A stretch of DNA of 64,000 bases from a candidate division WOR-3 bacterium (lineage in GTDB: Bacteria > Hydrothermota > 32-111), in contig JBDRZU010000001.1 in the NCBI GenBank assembly GCA_039804105.1, forward strand, positions 677,101 to 741,100, written 5' to 3'. The translations under genes and the position numbers were made by a program. The stretch's first letter is position 1, and each line of letters begins with the position of its first letter. Positions 19,883-30,347 of this stretch are shown one piece after another. The notes below the pieces were generated by a model. That model worked only from the letters and a program-made list of their open reading frames with translations, was not told where the DNA came from and did not search any database.

Positions 19883-21192
19883 AATATGTATTTTTTCCTA
19901 TCACCTGTTATGCTTACTTCTTTAACCTTGCTTTTAACGAAACTGGAATCGATTAAAATATTCTTAGGATTATAATCTTTTCCTTCAAACATTATATCTT
20001 CAAGAACTTTGTTAACTATTGTTCTTAAGCGTCTTGCTCCAATATCTTCAAGTTTTTGGTTGTACTCTTCTGCGATAGATGATATCAGTTCGATCGCATC
20101 ATCCGAAAACTCTATATCAATCCCATCAACTTTCAAAAGGTTCTTATACTGTTTCAAAATAGAGTTATCAGGTTCTTTAAGAATTCTAATAAAATCATTT
20201 TTCCCTAACCTATCAAGTTCAACTCGAACAGGGAATCTTCCTTGAAGTTCAGGCATAAGATCCGATACAGAACTGTTTGAAAATGCTCCCGCTGCAATGA
20301 AAAGGATATGGTCGGTTTTAACTGAACCAAATTTTGTCATAACAGTTGTTCCCTCAACTATTGGAAGTAAATCCCTCTGAACACCACTTCTTGAAACATC
20401 CACTCCAGCCCCTCTTTCAGGAGCGATGATTTTATCGATCTCATCGATAAAAACTATACCAAAATTTTCAACTCTGTCTTTTGCAACATCTATAACTTTA
20501 TCCTTATCTATTTTCTTGTTTATTTCCCTTTCTTTTATTATCTCTTTTGCGTTCTTTACTTTTACCTTTCTTTTTCTTGTTTTTTTGGGCGAAATATCCT
20601 TTATAAATTCCTGAAAAGATTCTAAAGATTCAAACCCTGGAACAGCAAAAATATCAAATATTGGTCTATCACTTTCCTGTACATTCAATTCTATTTCTCG
20701 ATCATCGAGTATTCCATCTCTATACATCTGTTGAAACTTTTTCCTTGAACTTTCTTCATAAGCCTCAATACCGGGGAACACGAGATCGAGTATTTCGTTT
20801 TCAACAGTTTTTGAAACTTCATTTTCAAGATCGTTGTACATCTCTTTGAATACCATATCATAACCTATATTCATCAGATCTCTTATGATCGACTCAACAT
20901 CTTTTCCTACATATCCTATTTCTGTGAATTTTGTTGCCTCAACTTTTATAAAAGGTGCTTTCAAAATCATCGATAATCTTCTTGCAATCTCTGTCTTTCC
21001 AACTCCTGTTGGACCAATCATGATAATGTTGCTCAAAAAAATGTCCTCTCTCAATTTTTCATCAACAAGTTTTCTTCTGATTCTGTTTCTAACAGCGATT
21101 GCGACCTGTTTCTTTGCCTCATCCTGTCCAACTATATATTTGTTCAACTCTTTTACAATCTCTTTTGGGTTTAATTCAGTATCCTTGATCAT
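19879..21192 (-). CDS. hslU: ATP-dependent protease ATPase subunit HslU
   Basis: TPKEIV-like N-terminus, Walker A GPTGVGKTEIARRL, IVFIDEIDKI and GARRLRT. Confidence 0.95.
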   Translation of the reverse strand: MIKDTELNPKEIVKELNKYIVGQDEAKKQVAIAVRNRIRRKLVDEKLREDIFLSNIIMIGPTGVGKTEIARRLSMILKAPFIKVEATKFTEIGYVGKDVESIIRDLMNIGYDMVFKEMYNDLENEVSKTVENEILDLVFPGIEAYEESSRKKFQQMYRDGILDDREIELNVQESDRPIFDIFAVPGFESLESFQEFIKDISPKKTRKRKVKVKNAKEIIKEREINKKIDKDKVIDVAKDRVENFGIVFIDEIDKIIAPERGAGVDVSRSGVQRDLLPIVEGTTVMTKFGSVKTDHILFIAAGAFSNSSVSDLMPELQGRFPVRVELDRLGKNDFIRILKEPDNSILKQYKNLLKVDGIDIEFSDDAIELISSIAEEYNQKLEDIGARRLRTIVNKVLEDIMFEGKDYNPKNILIDSSFVKSKVKEVSITGDRKKYIL

Positions 21193-21719
21193 TTCAAAAC
21201 CTCAACAGTTAAACTATCATTTGTATAAATACAGATTTCTGAAACTATTTTCAACGAGTTTACAACTATATCTTCAGCGGAAAGATTTGAATATCTTACA
21301 AGTGCTCTTGCTGCTGCATAAGCGTAAGCACTCCCTGAACCTATTGAAACTATACCATCATCAGGTTCAATTACATCTCCTTTTCCAGATATTATAAGGG
21401 AATGTTCTTTATCCATAACAACAAGCATCGCTTCAAGTTGTCTTAAAATTTTATCCTGCCTCCATTCCTTCGTTAGATCAGTCGCAGCTTTTATTATATC
21501 TCCTTTTGAGTTCATAAGGTACCTTTCAAATTTATCAAAAAGTGTTAACGCATCAGCAACCGAACCAGCAAACCCTGCAAGAACTTTACCTTCATAAAGT
21601 TTTTTTACTTTTCTTGCACTTTTTTTAACTATCGTTTCGCCAAGCGTAACCTGCCCATCTCCACCCATCACGGTAATTCCATCTTTTCTTAAACCAAGTA
21701 TTGTTGTTGATCTTATCAT
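21189..21719 (-). CDS. hslV: ATP-dependent protease subunit HslV
   Basis: The N-terminus MIRSTTILGLRKDG provides the catalytic Thr context; also GSGSAYAYAAARAL. Confidence 0.95.
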   Translation of the reverse strand: MIRSTTILGLRKDGITVMGGDGQVTLGETIVKKSARKVKKLYEGKVLAGFAGSVADALTLFDKFERYLMNSKGDIIKAATDLTKEWRQDKILRQLEAMLVVMDKEHSLIISGKGDVIEPDDGIVSIGSGSAYAYAAARALVRYSNLSAEDIVVNSLKIVSEICIYTNDSLTVEVLK

Positions 21720-21722
21720 ATA

Positions 21723-24173
21723 TCACTCCAAATAATTGATTAAAGAATCTATCCTTGTTTGCAATTTTAAAAAAGTAAGATTCTCAAAAACTTTTTTCTT
21801 TAAAATCTCTTTCAGATCATTTCTTTCTTTATAAAAAATTAACAAAAAAATCAAAAGTTCAGTTTTTGTTAAAATATTTTTGCCAGGACTGATCGATGAT
21901 AATTTTTCGATAAATTTTCTTAAAACCTCTTCACCAAGTTCTTTTTTATACTTAACCACAAGATTTATAGTCAATTTTTCTAATTTGTTTATTATATCAT
22001 TTTTATTTAAATAATCAAGTTTCGTAGAAGGCCAAAAACCAGATAAAAGATCAAGTTTTACCTTATGAAATACTATATGATCAGGAATTTTTTCTTTTTC
22101 TGAAAATGTTTTTAGAAGTTCATTTAAATAATATACTGATTTTTCAAAATCAAAAAGATTGAAATAAAGATGCGATAAATTGTTGAGAATTCTTCTCTTC
22201 AAACCTATATTTGTTTGAACAAGTACTCCTGCCAAAAGTGAAGAAAAGATATCAAGAGATGTTGAAAAATCACCAATTTTCGAGTAAAGAACAGCAAGGT
22301 TAAGGTATAAACTCTGTAAAGCGTTATCCATATTTGAATATTTAAAAATCTCAAGCGCCCTATTATAATTTTCCAAAGAGAGTTCAAAATTTTCCATATC
22401 ATCATACAAAATTCCCAAACTCATAAAAACTTTTCCCAAATCTCCAATAAAATTGTTATCTCTACAGTTTTTCTTACATCTTTCAAGAAAGAATTCTGCT
22501 TTTCCATAATCCTCAATTATTATGTTAAAATTTCCAACAAGAAAATCGTACGTCATTTTCTGCCTGTTATCAAGATTTTCATACTGTATTTTGTTCATCA
22601 AATTTTTAAACTGTTTCAATTCAAGATTGTTGTAAAGAAAACTAAGATAAAGCAACTTTTGGGTGTTCGATTTACACATTTTTAAATTAAGTTTTTTCCC
22701 CTTTATTAGATCAAGCAATATTTTTATATTTGTTCTTTCCTCTTTATCCTTAATTTTTTGAGAAAAGATCTCTGCTCCATTTATATTCCCTTCTGAAATA
22801 AAAATTTTCGACATGATCACAAGTTTTTTTTCATTTTCACTTTTTATACGTTCAACCATCTTTTTCGAAAGAATATTGTCACCATAATAGTATAACCTTT
22901 CGGAAACTTTAATAAGGTTTTTATCATCTCCTTTCAAAAAACCAAATTTTAAATCCTCAAAGGTTTTTAAAGATTCAGGATATTTTAATTTTATTTTAAA
23001 TTTCTTGGCAAGATAAAAGTATAATGGAGGATACATATACCTGTAATAACCATTTATATTTTTTAAAACCAATCTGTTTGAAAGGTATTCTAAAATTTTA
23101 AAATCATTTTTACTTTTTATTTTACGAGTATCAATAACGAGTCCATATTTTAAAATGCTTTCAAATTTTGATTCTAAATCTTGACCCAACTCGAAATCAT
23201 CATTTAAAAATTCATAAAGATCAAAATCAAACAATTCTTTCTTTTCTCTTATAAATTTTGATACAAGGAACCTGTTTCCACTTGTAATATCAAATAAAAA
23301 ATTCAACAAAAAAATCGACTTCTCTTTTAAGAATAGTTCCAAATTTCTTGAAATTTCATCAAGATAGAGATTTTCTATTGTAAATTCTCTGTAATCTGTT
23401 TTTTTCACAATATTTAAAATTCTATTCAAATTTCCATCTTCCTCGATTGATAAAGGATTATAAAAAAAGCATATATTTTTATCAGATACATTATCAAAAT
23501 ATTTGTCAAAATCATAAAAACAAAAATTTTTATATTCTCTTTCTAAAACATTTTTTAAATATGTTTTTCCAGATCTGAAACCTCCTTTTATTATTACATT
23601 TTTACCTTCATTCAAACATTTTCTTATTTCCCTTTCACACCTAAATGGAATTTTTATTTCTCCAATCCTGTTTTTTTCAAATATTGTTATACAATTTTTC
23701 CCCTTTTCCTTTGATGAGTACAAAGCGTTATCAGCGTTTTCAAGTACACTTTCAATATTTTCAACATCACCTTCTGAAACTCCAAATGAAAGTGTTATTC
23801 TTATCATATTGTTGTTAAAAATTATAGGATTTTTTTCAATTCTTTCCTTAAAACTTTCCAGAACCCTTACAAAATCTTCCTTTGTTTTCAAAGAGGATAT
23901 CAGAATAAACTCATCACCTCCATATCTTATCGGGAAATCTCCTCGTGAGGAAAATTCTGTAAGAATTTCTGAAACTTTTTTGATAACAAAATCTCCAGTT
24001 TGATGTCCATAAATATCATTGATACTTTTAAAATCATCTATATCAAATATTGATAAAACTATTTTATCTGAAAGGAAATTTTTTAAATTGTTAAAAAACC
24101 TTTTATTGAAAATACCAGTAAGATCATCATAATATACAGGTTCCAATCCCTTTAACTTCTCTTCCACTCCCAT
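21723..24173 (-). CDS. GGDEF diguanylate cyclase domain fused to P-loop NTPase and TPR repeats
   Basis: N-terminal YDDLTGIFNKR...RYGGDEFILIS, then Walker-A-like IIKGGFRSGKTYL, then a long helical/TPR-like C-terminal region. Confidence 0.75.
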   Translation of the reverse strand: MGVEEKLKGLEPVYYDDLTGIFNKRFFNNLKNFLSDKIVLSIFDIDDFKSINDIYGHQTGDFVIKKVSEILTEFSSRGDFPIRYGGDEFILISSLKTKEDFVRVLESFKERIEKNPIIFNNNMIRITLSFGVSEGDVENIESVLENADNALYSSKEKGKNCITIFEKNRIGEIKIPFRCEREIRKCLNEGKNVIIKGGFRSGKTYLKNVLEREYKNFCFYDFDKYFDNVSDKNICFFYNPLSIEEDGNLNRILNIVKKTDYREFTIENLYLDEISRNLELFLKEKSIFLLNFLFDITSGNRFLVSKFIREKKELFDFDLYEFLNDDFELGQDLESKFESILKYGLVIDTRKIKSKNDFKILEYLSNRLVLKNINGYYRYMYPPLYFYLAKKFKIKLKYPESLKTFEDLKFGFLKGDDKNLIKVSERLYYYGDNILSKKMVERIKSENEKKLVIMSKIFISEGNINGAEIFSQKIKDKEERTNIKILLDLIKGKKLNLKMCKSNTQKLLYLSFLYNNLELKQFKNLMNKIQYENLDNRQKMTYDFLVGNFNIIIEDYGKAEFFLERCKKNCRDNNFIGDLGKVFMSLGILYDDMENFELSLENYNRALEIFKYSNMDNALQSLYLNLAVLYSKIGDFSTSLDIFSSLLAGVLVQTNIGLKRRILNNLSHLYFNLFDFEKSVYYLNELLKTFSEKEKIPDHIVFHKVKLDLLSGFWPSTKLDYLNKNDIINKLEKLTINLVVKYKKELGEEVLRKFIEKLSSISPGKNILTKTELLIFLLIFYKERNDLKEILKKKVFENLTFLKLQTRIDSLINYLE

Positions 24174-24210
24174 ATAAATTATTATAAAATATTATGAAAA
24201 AAAGTCAATT

Positions 24211-26682
24211 TCAAATCTCTCCCCAATTTTTGCCTTTTTTTATATTAACACTGAGTATTCGATCAAAAGGTTCTATATCGACCATACACTTTTCACATAT
24301 CTGAGAATATTTTTCAAACATATTCTCCTTCATCTCAAATATTAGTTCATCGTGAACGGTGAGTATTAACATTATATCTTTTTTTTCTTTAATTTTCTGA
24401 AACACATTTTTAATCGCTATTTTCATAATATCGGCTGCTGTCCCCTGGATTGGAGTATTTATGGCCATCCTTTCCCCACTCATCCTTACAGTTTTATTCT
24501 GGGAAAGTATTTCTGGTATATACCTATATCTTCCAAAATATGTTTTTACATAACCATCTTTTGATGCTTCTTTTATGGTTTTTTCAATCCATTCTTTTAC
24601 CCCACTATACTCTTCAAAATACCTGTTGATAAAATTTTCGGCCTCTTTTTTCGAAATACCTAACTCCTGACTTAAACCGTATGAGGTTTTTCCATAGAGA
24701 ACAGAAAAATTAACAATTTTCGCTATACTCCTTTTTTTCTCGTCTATACTTTTATAATCAACATTAAAAATGTATTTTGCAGTTTCATTGTGTATATCCT
24801 TTCCCTCTTGAAAAGCTTTATTGAGATTTTTATCTTTTGAAAGAAATGCAAGAACTCTTAATTCAATCTGGGAATAGTCAAACGAAACTAATATGTTGTC
24901 CTTATCTCTAACAACAAAACCTTCTCTGATTTCTGGTGGAACATTTTGCAAATTTGGGTTTCTAGAAGAAAATCTTCCAGTTGCTGCATAGGATTGTTCA
25001 AAAGTTGTATGAACAATATCACTCTGTTCTGTCAAAGATATTATTGGTAAAATATAACCTTTAAGAAGTTTTGAAAGTTCTCGATGTCTGATCAATAGAT
25101 CGACAACAGGATGTATACCTTTAAGTTGAACAAGTGTTTCATAATTTGTTGAAAACCCTGTTTTACCTTTTTTAACTGGTTTTAGATTCAATTTTTCAAA
25201 GAGTACTTCTGATACCTGTTTCGATGAATTAACATTGAAACTGGTTCCAGTGACCTCAAAAATTTTTTTCTCAATTTTATATATCTCATTCTCTATCTTT
25301 TCATTTTCTTTTTTAAAAAAATTTACATCAACTTTTATTCCATTTTTCTCCATCTCAACTATTGCAGGGATAATTGGAATCTCTATATTTTTGTATACTT
25401 CAAAATTTATATCATTTTGTGAATCAGTAATAAATTTATGTTTTATCCTTACAAATTTAAACAATAGGTCCTTTTTCGAAATTTCTTCAAAATTTTTACC
25501 GTAGTACTCTTCAACAACTCTATTTATATTTGTACTCTTCATTTGTGTTTGCCTTATAGTGTTTATATCTATTATCTCATTGTCACCCTCAAAATTTAAA
25601 AACTCAGAGAAATTTTTCAAATTATCAAAAATCAGCACTTTGTTTGAAATTTTATGGAGTTCTTTAAAACCTTCCCTTTTGTCACATTCAAAGATCCCTT
25701 TATTTGATCCAAAAAGAATCTTCTCCTGATCTTCGAATATAACTATGGAATCGTCTTTTAAAACCTCATCGATAAAGAGTAATTCGTTTATTTTTATATC
25801 TTCTACTTCTACATTTTCATCAAATTTTTTTAAAAGAGAGAAAATTTCATACTCTTTTAAAATATTGTTTATCTTTTTTATATCTTTCTCTTTTATTTTT
25901 ACATCTTCCAATTCGACATCCAGAGCGATATCATCTTTCAACTTTATCAATTCTCTATACTTTTTTAGATTATCAATATTTTTTATTAGTTTTTCTTTAA
26001 GTTTATCGTTCTTTAAGATATCGGGATTTTTGAAAAACTCATCAAGAGAAACGATTTCCTGTAAAATCTTTTCAGCAGTTTTAGGGCCTATTCCCTCTAT
26101 TCCAGGAACATTATCTATGTTATCTCCAATAAGCGAAAAATAATCAATTATCTGTTCTTTTTTTATGTTCAGTTTCTCTTCAATACCTTTTTCATCGAGT
26201 ACAGGATATTTCCCATTCTCCTTCTTAGGATAGATAATTTTTACTTTATGATCAACAAGTTGTCCCATATCTTTATCGCTTGTAACAATAAAAATATTTT
26301 CAAAACTGTTGTAAAATTTTTTACACAAACTTGCTATCAGATCATCCGATTCAAAACCCTGTAATGAAAGGATATTTATTCCAAAATTTCTGACAATTTC
26401 ATATATAACCGGTATTTGAGAGATCAACTCATCAGGGGCTTTTTCCCTCTCTGCTTTATATTCAGCATACAGATTATGTCTGAATGTTGGTTCTTTCATG
26501 TCTACAGTACATACAATATATTCGATTCTATTTGACTCAAGAAGATCAAGTAAAAAACTTGTTGTTCCAAAAATCGCTGAAGTATTTAATCCCTTTGAGT
26601 TCCTCAAAGGGTTTTTCATAAAAGCGAAAAAATTTCTATAGATAATGTTTGTAAGATCAACAAGAAAAAGTTCTTTTTTCAC
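24211..26682 (-). CDS. polA: DNA polymerase I
   Basis: 5'-nuclease N-domain (GFESDDLIA, GIEGIGPKTA) and pol domain motifs DYSQIELRVLA, QGTAADIMK and VHDELIFE. Confidence 0.95.
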   Translation of the reverse strand: MKKELFLVDLTNIIYRNFFAFMKNPLRNSKGLNTSAIFGTTSFLLDLLESNRIEYIVCTVDMKEPTFRHNLYAEYKAEREKAPDELISQIPVIYEIVRNFGINILSLQGFESDDLIASLCKKFYNSFENIFIVTSDKDMGQLVDHKVKIIYPKKENGKYPVLDEKGIEEKLNIKKEQIIDYFSLIGDNIDNVPGIEGIGPKTAEKILQEIVSLDEFFKNPDILKNDKLKEKLIKNIDNLKKYRELIKLKDDIALDVELEDVKIKEKDIKKINNILKEYEIFSLLKKFDENVEVEDIKINELLFIDEVLKDDSIVIFEDQEKILFGSNKGIFECDKREGFKELHKISNKVLIFDNLKNFSEFLNFEGDNEIIDINTIRQTQMKSTNINRVVEEYYGKNFEEISKKDLLFKFVRIKHKFITDSQNDINFEVYKNIEIPIIPAIVEMEKNGIKVDVNFFKKENEKIENEIYKIEKKIFEVTGTSFNVNSSKQVSEVLFEKLNLKPVKKGKTGFSTNYETLVQLKGIHPVVDLLIRHRELSKLLKGYILPIISLTEQSDIVHTTFEQSYAATGRFSSRNPNLQNVPPEIREGFVVRDKDNILVSFDYSQIELRVLAFLSKDKNLNKAFQEGKDIHNETAKYIFNVDYKSIDEKKRSIAKIVNFSVLYGKTSYGLSQELGISKKEAENFINRYFEEYSGVKEWIEKTIKEASKDGYVKTYFGRYRYIPEILSQNKTVRMSGERMAINTPIQGTAADIMKIAIKNVFQKIKEKKDIMLILTVHDELIFEMKENMFEKYSQICEKCMVDIEPFDRILSVNIKKGKNWGEI

Positions 26683-27251
26683 CTGTACAACCTTTCACTT
26701 ATTATTATCTTTACAACATTGTCAGGAACAAGACCGTTGACTCTAACACCTTTCTTTATAAGTTCTCTTATCATTGATGATGAAATCTCAATTACAGGGT
26801 TATCTGCAACAATCGCATTTTCAAAAAACTTTTTGTCGAAATCCGGTTTTTCACAATACCTTCTTGTGATGATAAAATTTGCATACCTTTTCAGTTCATC
26901 GTATCTATGCCATTTTATTATGTTGGATGCCTCATCATCACCTATTATCAAAAAAAGTTCATCATTTTTATAATCATCTTTTAACCTTTTTAAGGTATAT
27001 ATTGTGTATGATGGTAATGGAAGTGAACTTTCAATATCTGAAACAACAACCTCAGAAAAGTTCCTAAACGCTTCTGTTGCCATAGCAAGACGGATTCCAA
27101 AAGGTGTAGAGTACTCTTCTTTCAAAGGTTGTCTATATGCTGGAATAACTATTATTTTCTCAACATACTTTTTATCTAAAATGTACTGGACAGAAAAAAT
27201 ATGTCCTATATGAACAGGATCAAACCCTCCACCAAAAATACCTATTTTCAT
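26679..27251 (-). CDS. nadD: nicotinate-nucleotide adenylyltransferase
   Basis: IGIFGGGFDPVHIGH and ISSSMIRE motifs. Confidence 0.9.
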   Translation of the reverse strand: MKIGIFGGGFDPVHIGHIFSVQYILDKKYVEKIIVIPAYRQPLKEEYSTPFGIRLAMATEAFRNFSEVVVSDIESSLPLPSYTIYTLKRLKDDYKNDELFLIIGDDEASNIIKWHRYDELKRYANFIITRRYCEKPDFDKKFFENAIVADNPVIEISSSMIRELIKKGVRVNGLVPDNVVKIIISERLYR

Positions 27252-28000
27252 AGAAATTTTGAGATTTTATCGATTATCTTCTTACTCTCTTTGAAATATT
27301 TACTATTTTCACTAACCTTTTGTAATATTTCGATAGATTTCTGATAGTTTTTATTCATAAACAATGCTCTTCCATAAGAAAAATAGTATCTATCCTTTAA
27401 CTCGTTTTTAAGATTATCTTCATTGATCAACTCATAATAAATTTCCGCTGATCTGTATTTTTTCCCTCTGTAATAGAAATCACCTGTATGCAACTTTTTT
27501 TCTTCGATCCGTGAAAGGAGTAGATTTAATAAGGAGTCAATTTCTTTGCTCCTTTCATCATCATAGTAACTCATCAAAAACTCTCTCATAACTCCTATTG
27601 CCGAAAATGTTAAACTCTGATCGAACTGATATGGTGGTGCAATCTTAAAATAGGATATAGATAACTTATAGAGAGCATCCTTTTTCAGATTATAACTTTT
27701 ATAATTTTTTATAAAATACTCAAATTCAACTATTGATTCAGTATACGATTTTTTATTAAAATATGAATCACCAAGGTAATATTGTGCAAGTTCAGTTTTT
27801 TTGTTTGCAGGATATGTAAAAATATATTTTTGGAAAAGATCTATAGATTTATCCCATTTTTTTTGTTCGTAAAAATTTAATGCTTTATTAAAAAGTTCTT
27901 CATCTGAAATATCGATTTGGGACAATTTTTCCTTTTTCGCACAAGATATTATAAAAAAAAATAAAAACAATAAAAATATAATATAAAAATTTTTTCTCAT
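27248..28000 (-). CDS. bamD: outer membrane protein assembly factor BamD-like TPR lipoprotein
   Basis: Lipobox IISC; 250 aa with a TPR pattern typical of YfiO/BamD (AQYYLGDSYF, ALYKLSISYF, GDFYYRGKKYRSA). Confidence 0.6.
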   Translation of the reverse strand: MRKNFYIIFLLFLFFFIISCAKKEKLSQIDISDEELFNKALNFYEQKKWDKSIDLFQKYIFTYPANKKTELAQYYLGDSYFNKKSYTESIVEFEYFIKNYKSYNLKKDALYKLSISYFKIAPPYQFDQSLTFSAIGVMREFLMSYYDDERSKEIDSLLNLLLSRIEEKKLHTGDFYYRGKKYRSAEIYYELINEDNLKNELKDRYYFSYGRALFMNKNYQKSIEILQKVSENSKYFKESKKIIDKISKFL

Positions 28001-28908
28001 TTCATATTCCTTCTTAATATCTCTTTCAACTTTTCGTTCGCTTCATCAAGATTATCTGAAGATCCATAAACTTTTACATCAGAATATTCTTTAACTTTGT
28101 TGTAATGAAAGATCGCTTTATCAAAATCGTTCAGTTCAAAATATATGTTTCCAACATAAAGATGAGCATCATCAAGTAATGAAAGAGGAATGGGTTTGTT
28201 TATAAAATCAAGGAGCAGATTCAAAGCATCATCATAACTTTTTTTCTCATATTTTTCTTTAGCAATATAAAATTTGAGTTCACCTGCGATCACTTTAAAA
28301 TCTACATCTCCACTTGCTCCTTCGACTGAAAATTCATCAGAAGCTTTTTGAGCAATTATAAGAGCAGTATCAATTTTTTCTTCAATTTTATATATTTCTA
28401 TGAGCATTTTATAAACATTTACTTTTTCAGATGATGTTAAAGAGATGTTCAGAGAATTATTTAACATCAATTTTGCCTTTTGGAAATCTTTTCCATCATA
28501 GAAGTATTTCCCAAGATGATAGAAACCTATGTTAATATCATAAGTTGGACTCAGTTCGATTATTTTCAACCAGTACTTTACCGAATTTGCAGTATAACCT
28601 TTCATAAAATCAGTCATCGCAATATTTGAGTATGACTTCAAAACTCTACCTTTTAAAGAGGGATCGGTTTCAAGGGCAAGTGTATAAAAAGAATCTGCAA
28701 CTGATAGTTTTCTTAAATCTTTATACGCTTCAGCGAGATTGAAATAATCTTTGCCTGTTTTTTTACCTTTATTCTCAAGTATATTTATTACTTCAAAATA
28801 CTTCTTCTCCGATAACATTTTTTCAATTTTATCGCTCCCGCTGTTTGTACATGATGTTAACAAAGAAGAAAAAAATAAAGCAAAAATTACACTGTATAGA
28901 GATTTCAT
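27997..28908 (-). CDS. TPR-repeat lipoprotein
   Basis: Lipobox LLTSC followed by repeated TPR-like helices. Confidence 0.5.
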   Translation of the reverse strand: MKSLYSVIFALFFSSLLTSCTNSGSDKIEKMLSEKKYFEVINILENKGKKTGKDYFNLAEAYKDLRKLSVADSFYTLALETDPSLKGRVLKSYSNIAMTDFMKGYTANSVKYWLKIIELSPTYDINIGFYHLGKYFYDGKDFQKAKLMLNNSLNISLTSSEKVNVYKMLIEIYKIEEKIDTALIIAQKASDEFSVEGASGDVDFKVIAGELKFYIAKEKYEKKSYDDALNLLLDFINKPIPLSLLDDAHLYVGNIYFELNDFDKAIFHYNKVKEYSDVKVYGSSDNLDEANEKLKEILRRNMK

Positions 28909-29727
28909 TTAAAAAGTTACCTTTTCTAAAAATTTTGTTATCAGTTTTTTCAAGTTCTCTTCTGCTCTTTTTGCATTATTAACTACATATTCAAAAGATA
29001 CAGGTTCCATATGATCAGGAAGTCCCATATCTGTTATAACAGAAAACCCTACAACTGGAATATTCATATGTTTTGCTACAAGTGCCTCTGGAACCGTTGA
29101 CATTCCAACAGCATCAGCACCAAGTATTCTTATCATTCTGTATTCAGCACCTGTTTCAAGGTTTGGTCCCTGTATCGCAAGGTAAACTCCTTTTCTCAGA
29201 GGTATTTTAACTTCAAGTGCTGCTTCCTCTGCAATTTCTTGATATTTTTTTGGATATACTTCATAACCATCAGGGAATCTTGGACCAAGTTCATCAAGAT
29301 TTTTCCCTCTTAATGGATTACCTGGTAAAAAGTTGATGTGGTCAGTTATAAGCATTATTTCACCTGCTTTAAAAAGTGGATTGACACCACCCGCTGCATT
29401 TGAAACTATCAAAAGTTTTGCACCAAGATAAAGCATAACCCTAACAGGAAATGTTATCGTTTGGAAATCATAACCTTCGTAATAATGGAACCTACCAGCC
29501 ATCGCTATAACCTTTTTTCCAGCAAGTTCACCAAAAATAAGTTCACCAGCATGACTTTCAACAGTCGATATTGGGAAATCGGGAATATCTTTGTATGAAA
29601 GTTTTGCTTTCACATTTATAATCTTCCCAAGTTCAGACATACCTGTTCCAAGTATTATTGCAACTTCAGGATTCACAAAACCTTTTTCTTTTAAAAATTC
29701 AGATGTCTTTTTTATCTTCTCCATCAT
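28909..29727 (-). CDS. purine nucleoside phosphorylase (PNP/MTAP family)
   Basis: GTGMSEL, GRFHYYEG, GMSTVPEALVA and VITDM motifs. Start moved to an internal Met (MMEKIKK). Confidence 0.85.
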   Translation of the reverse strand: MMEKIKKTSEFLKEKGFVNPEVAIILGTGMSELGKIINVKAKLSYKDIPDFPISTVESHAGELIFGELAGKKVIAMAGRFHYYEGYDFQTITFPVRVMLYLGAKLLIVSNAAGGVNPLFKAGEIMLITDHINFLPGNPLRGKNLDELGPRFPDGYEVYPKKYQEIAEEAALEVKIPLRKGVYLAIQGPNLETGAEYRMIRILGADAVGMSTVPEALVAKHMNIPVVGFSVITDMGLPDHMEPVSFEYVVNNAKRAEENLKKLITKFLEKVTF

Positions 29728-30277
29728 TTTCACCTTCCTTTTTAATTTGACTGAATAAAGAACCAAAGTTAACTATTTTTTCTGGATGTTCTCTTAAGAC
29801 TTTGTTTATCTCATTAACTTCTATCTTATGTTCAACAACTTCCTGATCAAGTGTTTTAAAATATGATTCGAGAATACCTCTAAACCTTGATAAGAAATTG
29901 TTTTTTAATGTGATCAAACTTTTTATTTCATTTTTAAGATTGTTGAGTTCAGCTCTTGAACTTGCAAGATATGCTTCCGCCTCAAGTTGAGCGTTCTTTT
30001 TTATAATCTCTGCCTCTTTTAGAGCGTTTGCACGGAGTTCAGATGAACTTTTTGTTGCAGAAGTCAATGTTTCTTGCAATGTTTTTTCAAGATTTTTATA
30101 TCTTTCAAGTTCCTTTGAAAGGTTTTCAATCTGTTCTTTCAAATTATAATTCTCTTTTAAAAGTTCTTCAAACTGCTCTGAAACTGTATTCAAAAAAGTT
30201 GTTACCTCATGTATATCATAACCTTTCAAAGATTTTTTGAATTCCTGTTTTTTTATCTCCAAAGGAGTTATATCCAT
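29699..30277 (-). CDS. divIVA: DivIVA domain cell-division protein
   Basis: MDITPLEIKKQEFKKSLKGYDIHEVTTFLNTV followed by coiled coil. Confidence 0.85.
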   Translation of the reverse strand: MDITPLEIKKQEFKKSLKGYDIHEVTTFLNTVSEQFEELLKENYNLKEQIENLSKELERYKNLEKTLQETLTSATKSSSELRANALKEAEIIKKNAQLEAEAYLASSRAELNNLKNEIKSLITLKNNFLSRFRGILESYFKTLDQEVVEHKIEVNEINKVLREHPEKIVNFGSLFSQIKKEGENDGEDKKDI

Positions 30278-30300
30278 TTTTCCTCCTAATATAAAAAATT

Positions 30301-30328
30301 ATTATATACCCCTAAGCAAAAAAATCAA
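30301..30328 (-). promoter_or_regulatory. putative sigma-70-type promoter for divIVA operon (TTGATT-16-TATAAT)
   Basis: On the minus strand, -35 TTGATT is at 30328..30323 and -10 TATAAT at 30306..30301. AGGAGG lies at 30288..30283 and ATG at 30277. Confidence 0.45.
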
Positions 30329-30347
30329 TAATTTAAGGTTTTAAACT

